DNA of 64,000 nt from assembly GCA_965235115.1 (NCBI GenBank), contig OZ249441.1, positions 16,182,001 through 16,246,000 of the forward strand, read 5' to 3'. How positions within the stretch are numbered: position 1 is the stretch's first letter; each line of letters begins with the position of its first letter. The position numbers were made by a program, and so were the translations under genes. The notes beneath the pieces are model-generated. The model ran no database searches and was not told where the DNA came from. It saw nothing but the letters and a program-made list of their open reading frames with translations. This document shows positions 55,155-64,000 of the stretch, piece by piece. This stretch comes from Laetmonice hystrix (Eukaryota).

Positions 55155-55931
55155 CGACAGGTTATTGAATGACCGACTTCCACATTGTTACGTTCCCACT
55201 GGTGATGGTGGATATATCAAATGCATTTGGAAGAATCGCCTATTCCCTCACAAAATTTAACGCCGGCCAATTTGATAACCACAGGTATAACAGAACTGCA
55301 GCTTACACAGGGGGAAACCGAGGATTCATATTGCATGCCTTAAATAGACAGAAGCTCCAAATATCATGCGCCTGCCTATTTGATGAGAAGAAGGGGAATG
55401 AAGATGTATGGAGTTGTACCCTAAAGGAGCATTAGCAGATTGGTTCTTGCTTCTTTCCAAGCAAAAACTGCTTTATAACTGGTGTAAATTGTGGCTGACT
55501 GCGCTGCTGGCCATACATATATGGTTATACAAGAAGTGGAGGTGAGAGTGACTGGATATGGAATATGTCCATGTACGGACCACATACACCGAAGGGGACG
55601 CGGGCTGTTTCAACACCGATAAGCTTTTCAAAATTTAACAAACACGAACGCTTGGGTCTGTACCGACGGGACCAAATTACAAGAGCGTGACAAATACAAA
55701 ATCTATTTTTGCTCTGTGGCTAGGAGACTTTTGCTGACATTTAGTGAGGTAAAATGGCGACTCAATGGACAGAAAGCCCCACGGGACTTTAGACTGCCTA
55801 GCCTGAACGATTGCGGGTAATCCTTGGAGACTCTATGTACGTGTCATGCAAACATTTCAGTGTTTGGTCCTTAAGGAATGCTGCGCTCCGGGAGTTTTGT
55901 GATCCTTAAGAGTGTGGGCAGCAGCCTCGAA

Positions 55932-56445
55932 ATCTACTTCCATAATTACTCATACGTAAGGAGATCTACTTCCATGATTACTCATACGTAAGAAGATCTA
56001 CTTCCATGATTACTCATACGTAAGGAGATCTACTTCCATGATTACTCATACGTAAGGAGATCTACTTCCATGATTACTCATACGTAAGGAGATCTACTTC
56101 CATGATTACTTATACGTAAGGAGATCTACTTCCATGATTACTCATACGTAAGGAGATCTACTTCCATGATTACTTATACGTAAGGAGATCTACTTCCATG
56201 ATTACTCATACGTAAGGAGATCTACTTCCATGATTACTCATACGTAAGGAGATCTACTTCCATGATTACTCATACGTAAGGAGATCTACTTCCATGATTA
56301 CTCATACGTAAGGAGATCTACTTCCATGATTACTCATACGTAAGGAGATCTACTTCCATGATTACCCATACGTAAGGAGATCTACTTCCATGATTACTCA
56401 TACGTAAGGAGATCTACTTCCATAATTACTCATACGTAAGGAGAT
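55932..56445. repeat. Tandem minisatellite, 32-bp unit, 16 copies
   Basis: Unit atctacttccatgattactcatacgtaaggag. Confidence 0.97.
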
Positions 56446-56739
56446 ACCGTTCAATCAAAGGGGAATTCTCTTTATGCAAGGTCAAGTCATGCTATGTCGC
56501 AATGTTTTAAGCAACGTTAAATGGTTCCATGTTTTCAAGGAAGTTATACCAGCGCCGATACTACTGTAATTATGTGTTGCCCTCTATAACATGCAACATG
56601 GTAAGACAGACACTACTCACTTACTCTGGAGACTATTCAACTTATCCCCTGGGGCGGTGGGGTGGCGGTGGCGGGGGGTGGGGGGTCCATTCGCTTCCAC
56701 TCCTAATTGATACCTTTGGGAATGCCCAGAAGAAACGAC

Positions 56740-56890
56740 ATGAGACCAAATTCATGAACTTCATTGTCAGGCACAAAGTTCTCTACTACTTGGTGGAATT
56801 CGGTATTCATGGCAGCATATGGAATAGCTGACACCCAATAACAGCCAACATGTTGATTGGAGCATAGTGCACCAATGACAAATGGCCGCT
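56740..56890 (+). mobile_element. Degraded CR1/L2/Jockey-type LINE RT fragment
   Basis: KFMNFIVRHKVLYYLVEFGIHGSIWNS resembles KAFD.V.H..LL.KL..YGI.G..L.WI, the region following RT domain 3. Confidence 0.45.
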
Positions 56891-57102
56891 TCAGATATAA
56901 CCCACCATCTCATAAAAACCAACTTTTATGTCAAAATCCGCGTTTGCTGCAGACGCCATTTGTAGGCGTCCTTCATTTCAAGCCTCATGGGAATAAATAC
57001 GAAGTATTTTCTTGATTGGTGCCTGACAATAAACAAAAGTGTGAAATTATTGTAGAAACGTGACCCTTGTATTTATCATCAAGTGTGTGTTCATCGTCAA
57101 TT

Positions 57103-57115
57103 GCGCCATCTGGCG
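57103..57115 (-). promoter_or_regulatory. CTCF-core-like motif
   Basis: gcgccatctggcg; its reverse complement CGCCAGATGGCGC matches the CTCF core. Motif match only. Confidence 0.25.
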
Positions 57116-58346
57116 CCGCCTCCCTTCCTATAATATCTCGGATGGTTTTACATCAAGTCATCAGTGGTAGCCACTCACGTTTCATAGCCACATACTTGAC
57201 AGTCTGATAAAATTGCACTTTTCGAATTACTTCCGTTACCAGAGACCTTGATATATGAGTGAATTACTGTCTACCCACCTGAATACAATCATTGTATTTT
57301 CGTGCGAATTGCAATCACTGACATGTTTAAAAATTTAGTGGAAATATTTTAAATGGCAACTACACATGGTACTATAAACATAGCAGAGAACTATGATTAA
57401 TATTTCCTCTTCTTCCTGCACTAGTTTTCCTATGTTAAATCTCCTGACGGCTAACTTGTAAAATTCAACTATTTCAATTCATTGCCTTCTGGTACTGCTA
57501 AGAATAAGGATCCGCCTAATACAAATGTATCTGGGATCTCTTTCTCATTCCTTTACAAAACGAAGACTGCAAATTTTTCAAAGCCTCACATATGTTGAAA
57601 ATAAGCAGCAGCTAAGAGGATTGAGGCATACGCCTAAAGCTTCACCCACGAAAAGTGTGAGAGACTGAAGTCTAAGCTGATGTCGTCGGTCCTTGAGTGT
57701 CCTTGGCTCTCGGGAGTGTGGCCAAATCTGGGCGCGGGAGAGCTCAAGTGTATGCCCGACTTCCAATAGAACAGACACCACGGCTCAATAACTGCAGGCA
57801 CATCTCACTTTAAAAGGCGCAATCAATGGAACCAATATAACACTCCCAATCTACCTCGCTCTAGTGCATAGACAGCCGGTAGTGTGCAACTGCTTCAAAG
57901 CAATGTATATTCCCCACCCGGAGAGCATCATCGGCCCAGCATCAGCAGCCGGTACCTCTGAAATATCCCAATGGTCCGACCACTATTAATTTCTACGATA
58001 ATAGCCAAACTTTTGTTGACTGACGGACTTTCAATTTCTGATGATTCCTCCGTCTGGGTGAGAACCACAGGGATCTGGCTGCAATGACCTATACTCTAAG
58101 TGGTGATTACAAGATAAAGCTGTGGACAAACGATGATCCCCCTAGATATCCACATCCATTGTTACCGTACTCTCAAATGTCTGCAGTCATTCTCGGTGAA
58201 GGTAAATTGCTGTATCCACTGAGCAGACAGATCGAAAGTAGCGGCTAATCATGTCATCCGTGGGAAGCAATCTCTGAGATCAATATGTACTTCCAATCAC
58301 ACCGATTAGACGCTAATTCCCAGTGGTGTCCACAGTTTTATACTGT

Positions 58347-60271
58347 CCCCGGCCGAATCTATACATGGGCGGGTGAGTTAGATCCTGACTCACAGCCAGT
58401 GGGCAGAGCTCCCCGGCCGAATCTATACACGGGCGGGTGAGTTAGATCCTGACTTACAGCCAGTGGGCAGAGCTCACCGGCCGAATCTATACACGGGCCG
58501 GTGAGTTAGATCCTGACTCACAGCCAGTGGGCAGAGCTCGCCGGCCGAATCTATACATGGGCCGGTGAGTTAGATCCTGACTTACAGCCAGTGGGCAGAG
58601 CTCCCCGGCCGAATCTATACACGGGCCGGGGAGTTAGATCCTGACTCACAGCCAGTGGGCAGAGCTCACCGGCCGAATCTATACATGGGCGGGTGAGTTA
58701 GATCCTGACTCACAGCCAGTGGGCAGAGCTCACCGGCCGAATCTATACATGGGCGGGTGAGTTAGATCCTGACTCACAGCCAGTGGGCAGAGCTCACCGG
58801 TCGAATCTATACACGGGCCGGTGAGTTCGATCCTGACTCACAGCCAGTGGGCAGAGCTCACCGGCCGAATCTATACATGGGCCGGTGAGTTAGATCCTGA
58901 CTCACAGCCAGTGGGCAGAGCTCACCGGTCGAATCTATACACGGGCCGGTGAGTTAGATCCTGACTCACAGCCAGTGGGCAGAGCTCACCGGCCGAATCT
59001 ATACATGGGCGGGTGAGTTAGATCCTGACTCACAGCCAGTGGGCAGAGCTCACCGGTCGAATCTATACACGGGCCGGTGAGTTCGATCCTGACTCACAGC
59101 CAGTGGGCAGAGCTCACCGGCCGAATCTATACATGGGCGGGTGAGTTAGATCCTGACTCACAGCCAGTGGGCAGAGCTCACCGGCCGAATCTATACATGG
59201 GCGGGTGAGTTAGATCCTGACTCACAGCCAGTGGGCAGAGCTCACCGGCCGAATCTATACATGGGCGGGTGAGTTAGATCCTGACTCACAGCCAGTGGGC
59301 AGAGCTCACCGGCCGAATCTATACATGGGCGGGTGAGTTAGATCCTGACTTACAGCCAGTGGGCAGAGCTCACCGGCCGAATCTATACATGGGCGGGTGA
59401 GTTAGATCCTGACTGACAGCCAGTGGGCAGAGCTCACCGGCCGAATCTATACATGGGCGGGTGAGTTAGATCCTGACTCACAGCCAGTGGGCAGAGCTCA
59501 CCGGTCGAATCTATACACGGGCCGGTGAGTTAGATCCTGACGCACAGCCAGTGGGCAGAGCTCACCGGTCGAATCTATACACGGGCCGGTGAGTTAGATC
59601 CTGACTCACAGCCAGTGGGCAGAGCTCACCGGTCGAATCTATACACGGGCGGGTGAGTTAGATCCTGACGCACAGCCAGTGGGCAGAGCTCACCGGTCGA
59701 ATCTATACACGGGCGGGTGAGTTAGATCCTGACTCACAGCCAGTGGGCAGAGCTCACCGGTCGAATCTATACACGGCCCGGTGAGTTAGATCCTGACTCA
59801 CAGCCAGTGGGCAGAGCTCGCCGGCTGAATCTATACACGGCCCGGTGAGTTAGATCCTGACTCACAGCCAGTGGGCAGAGCTCGCCGGCCGAATCTATAC
59901 ATGGGCGGGTGAGTTAGATCCTGACTTACAGCCAGTGGGCAGAGCTCACCGGTCGAATCTATACACGGCCCGGTGAGTTAGATCCTGACTCACAGCCAGT
60001 GGGCAGAGCTCACCGGTCGAATCTATACACGGGCGGGTGAGTTAGATCCTGACTCACAGCCAGTGGGCAGAGCTCACCGGCCGAATCTATACACGGGCCG
60101 GGGAGTTAGATCCTGACTCACAGCCAGTGGGCAGAGCTCACCGGTCGAATCTATACACGGCCCGGTGAGTTCGATCCTGACTCACAGCCAGTGGGCAGAG
60201 CTCACCGGCCGAATCTATACACGGGCCGGGGAGTTAGATCCTGAGGCAGAGCCAGTGGGCAGAGCTCACCG
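58347..60271. repeat. Tandem minisatellite, 64-bp unit, 30 copies, tRNA/SINE-head-like
   Basis: Unit agccagtgggcagagctcaccgg(c/t)cgaatctataca(c/t)ggg(c/g)cggtgagtt(a/c)gatcctgactcac; ggccga recurs at 58351 and 58415. Confidence 0.97.
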
Positions 60272-60302
60272 ATGAAGATGTTACATACGTCCATGGATGC
60301 CG

Positions 60303-61833
60303 TCAGAGGCTAGTTATCAACCGCATGGTTCTGGGTGGTCAGAGACTAGTTATCAACCATGGTTCTGGGTGGTCAGAGACTAGTTATCAACCATGGTTCT
60401 GGGTGGTCAAGGACTAGTTATTAACCGCATGGTTCTGGGTGGTCAGAGACTAGTTATCAACCATGGTTCTGGGTGGTCAGAGACTAGTTATCAACCGCAT
60501 GGTTCTGGGTGGTCAAGGACTAGTTATCAACCATTGTTCTGGGTGGTCAGAGACTAGTTATCAACCATGGTTCTCGGTGGTCAGAGACTAGTTATCAACC
60601 ATGGTTCTGGGTGGTCAGAGACTAGTTATCAACCAAGGTTCTGGGTGGTCAGAGACTAGTTATCAACCATGGTTCTGGGTGGTCAGACTAGTTATCAACC
60701 ATGGTTCTGGGTGGTCAGAGACTAGTTATCAACCATGGTTCTGGGTGGTCAGAGACTAGTTATCAACCATGGTTCTGGGTGGTCAGAGACTAGTTATCAA
60801 CCGCATGGTTCTGGGTGGTCAGAGACTAGTTATCAACCATGGTTCTGGGTGGTCAGAGACTAGTTATCAACCATGGTTCTGGGTGGTCAGAGACTAGTTA
60901 TCAACCATGGTTCTGGGTGGTCAGAGACTAGTTATCAACCATGGTTCTGGGTGGTCAGAGACTAGTTATCAACCATGGTTCTGGGTGGTCAGAGACTAGT
61001 TATCAACCATGGTTCTGGGTGGTCAGAGACTATAGTTATCAACCGCATGGTTCTGGGTGGTCAGAGACTAGTTATCAACCATGGTTCTGGGTGGTCAGAG
61101 ACTAGTTATCAACCATGGTTCTGGGTGGTCAGAGACTATAGTTATCAACCGCATGGTTCTGGGTGGTCAGAGACTAGTTATCAACCATGGTTCTGGGTGG
61201 TCAGAGACTATAGTTATCAACCGCATGGTTCTGGGTGGTCAGAGACTAGTTATCAACCATGGTTCTGGGTGGTCAGAGACTATAGTTATCAACCGCATGG
61301 TTCTGGGTGGTCAGAGACTAGTTATCAACCATGGTTCTGGGTGGTCAGAGACTATAGTTATCAACCGCATGGTTCTGGGTGGTCAGAGACTAGTTATCAA
61401 CCACATGGTTCTGGGTGGTCAGAGACTAGTTATCAACCATGGTTCTGGGTGGTCAGAGACTAGTTATCAACCACATGGTTCTGGGTGGTCAGAGACTAGT
61501 TATCAACCATGGTTCTGGGTGGTCAGAGACTAGTTATCAACCATGGTTCTGGGTGGTCAGAGACTAGTTATCAACCATGGTTCTGGGTGGTCAGAGACTA
61601 GTTATCAACCATGGTTCTGGGTGGTCAGAGACTAGTTATCAACCATGGTTCTGGGTGGTCAGAGACTAGTTATCAACCACATGGTTCTGGGTGGTCAGAG
61701 ACTAGTTATCAACCATGGTTCTGGGTGGTCAGAGACTATAGTTATCAACCGCATGGTTCTGGGTGGCCAGAGACTAGTTATCAACCATGGTTCTGGGTGG
61801 TCAGACTAGTTATCAACCATGGTTCTGGGTGGT
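60303..61833. repeat. Tandem minisatellite, 34-bp unit with 32/36/38-bp variants, about 44 copies
   Basis: Unit gactagttatcaaccatggttctgggtggtcaga, with variants ccgcatgg, ccacatgg and actatagtt. Confidence 0.97.
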
Positions 61834-62486
61834 ATAAATAATGAACGGTTCGAGTGGCCGTATGAATCACTTTGATAGCACATATTATGATTAAAAGATG
61901 CATGACTCCAGGGGTGCTAAGGAGACCGATATAAGATATGGACGAACTCCTCGTCAATCTTATATAAGCGCTGTCGTGATTTACAGATTGATTAACATTC
62001 CAGAATTGTCTGTGGAGAACATATTGCTACCTTTTTATAAATCACCAGAGAAAATGAACAGTTGCAGTGCACATTCACACCTCCTTGCTCTACATCTATG
62101 CACCGATATTGTCAATTTCCGCTATAGTAATAGACCTACTAACCAGACGCTCAGCGTCTCAATGTAGACCTACTACGCTCAGCGTCTCAATGTCGACGTA
62201 ACCACTCGCTCAGTATGGCGGGTACTTGAGCCTGGCCATACGAAATTGCCACGAGATGTGGTGAACGTTGACACCAACTCTATTTTGTCACTACAAGCAA
62301 TTTACGCCCCTTACAAGAAGACTAAGATCATTTTGGTAAATGACAGTTATATAGTCCTCTCGACATCTCGCCATATTAATGACATGGAAAAAAATATATA
62401 AGATATATACCGGTAAGTAATATAGAGGGCTGTCTGTGGTTAAATAAGATAGGATCAGCTGAAACCATTACTCTGATCTTGGTTAC

Positions 62487-62622
62487 CGTAGGTAGACGCT
62501 ATCTCCAGGATCGTGTCGATCTTTGCCACCACATCCTGAAGCACAACGTCATGTTCATAGATTTCTCTAATGTAAACTCTCTGACGGAGGATCCACTGAT
62601 CGATGCTGAGGTTGTCCGACAT
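62487..62622 (-). CDS. Candidate first coding exon or short ORF of unknown identity
   Basis: ATG-initiated MSDNLSIDQWILRQRVYIREIYEHDVVLQDVVAKIDTILEIASTY+G, then a gtaacc donor-like site (phase 1). There is an in-frame TAA immediately upstream of the ATG. The composition looks protein-like and amphipathic, but I recognise no homolog. Confidence 0.3.
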
Positions 62623-63660
62623 TTAAACCTTGGTTGTGGTGTCTGATAATTGCTCTGAATTCCTTTTCGAAATCTCTACTAGCAAGAGGCCCGGGATGAA
62701 ATACATTCCGACGTCTGGACTAGCTTGGGGCGTTCCAATGCAGTTATATAGATGCCCACCCTTTTCTAAGAGGCTCAATATCTGCATGTTGATTGTGAAA
62801 AAAAACCTTTGTATAACGAAAATTACTATCAGAGCTATTATTGATTAGAACCACATGGGAAAAAAGTCTTCATTGAACGCGAGATAAAGGGTGGGCGGGA
62901 AGTTGGGCCGTTGTCATTGAGTACAAAGCTTGGCAAGATGCCGCGTGGCTGCCACCAATGTGTACTTAGTAGGCCCAAGGTGAATGTGTAAACTGCCTTT
63001 ACTACAGCTTGTAATGGGAGAAGGAGCGGCTCATAGTCTTTCATCAATCTGGGTTAATGTAAACTATAGACGTTGGAAACAACTCCTTCATCTTTCAACA
63101 TGTACATTAGAAAATGAACAAAATATATTACATACCCCCACGTCGGCTAATTTTCGCTCTACATATATTGATAGCTATGATATCTCAACATGGTATTCTG
63201 CTTGAGCATGGAGCCTAATACCTTGTGCACCTCTGTGGACCATACGGATTATCTGCCTAGGCTGGAAGCTATACGGCATCCAATTATTGATCCTCTAAGA
63301 TGAATGAAGGCAGTATTAGATTACCGGGAAAACAGGTTTATAACACGGATGAGCAGATGGTTGGACACTGGGGCGTTGTCTCGGACACTCTAACACTGGG
63401 GCGTTGTCTCGGACACTCTAACCAACAGCGCTGCACCCAAAGTCGCATCGGATATTTGCAATCTGCACATGTTCGCAAAAAGCGACTCGGCCATCTGAAC
63501 AACATATACATCATTGTGAAATGCCAACGTATTCTGAATTTCTCTCATTTCTATAAGTAGATATCTTCACATTGAGCGGCGTGTGTTTGAGGGTGATGAT
63601 TTGGTTCGGTGCGCCAGGAGGCTCCGTGATTCTCTCACCCAAGTGGACGGTCCATGCCGG

Positions 63661-63740
63661 CCAGCGCCACATATAGTACCAGCGCCACATATAGTACCAG
63701 CGCCACATATACTGGGTACCAGCGCCACATACCGGGTACA
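63661..63740. repeat. Short degenerate 18-21-bp tandem repeat, 4 copies
   Basis: Unit ccagcgccacatatagta and variants. Confidence 0.85.
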
Positions 63741-64000
63741 TGGCGTTGGGCACGGCCTCTGTGAGCATCCCAGGCCCGGTAGTGTGCCAGCCAGATTGAG
63801 CAAGCTGAGCTGCATGTTTACCATGCAGAATTCAATCCCGCTGACTGTTTGTGGCCAGATGTGCTCATCTGACTGGAGTGATTTAAGCTTGCCAGACAGA
63901 TTCGTTCAGCCTAAATCAGTAAAGGGCCGTTTTGGTTATCCAAACAACCCTGACAGTGCCCAACAGCAGGCGAGCGGCTTAACCTCAAATTCTGCCTTTC

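Noticed and set aside
58347-60271. Calling the 64-bp units functional tRNA genes
   Set aside because: There is no acceptor stem or canonical 7-nt anticodon loop and most B-boxes are mutated; the region is reported only as a tRNA-like satellite.
14855-61833. Regular 32-71-bp repeats as CRISPR arrays
   Set aside because: The units are head-to-tail with no unique spacers, no cas genes are present, and the context is a spliced eukaryotic gene.

Overview
This is metazoan (probably marine invertebrate) genomic DNA from a draft scaffold with one 255-N gap; it is gene-poor and repeat-rich, and shows no prokaryotic operon, CRISPR array or rRNA. The only well-supported gene is a minus-strand multi-CUB-domain extracellular protein (SOL-1/cubilin/tolloid-like CUB architecture). 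Two of its exons (30678-30892 and 9016-9223) have canonical splice sites and compatible phases, and join across a 21,454-bp intron; flanking exons were not found in the window. About 11 kb is made of ten unrelated minisatellite arrays (units 32-125 bp). There are several non-autonomous DNA transposons (9-bp-TSD MULE-like, TTAA Kolobok-like, TA Tc1/mariner-like) and degraded DIRS-type tyrosine-recombinase and LINE RT remnants. Most ORFs in the supplied track look like chance or repeat-derived ORFs. The most notable observations are a 30-copy 64-bp satellite whose unit resembles a tRNA/SINE head, a 50-bp duplication that creates a second out-of-frame splice acceptor in the CUB gene, two different MITEs nested in one small satellite, and a tandem G-quadruplex-motif array. 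I did not find convincing evidence of a wholly new multi-gene system.
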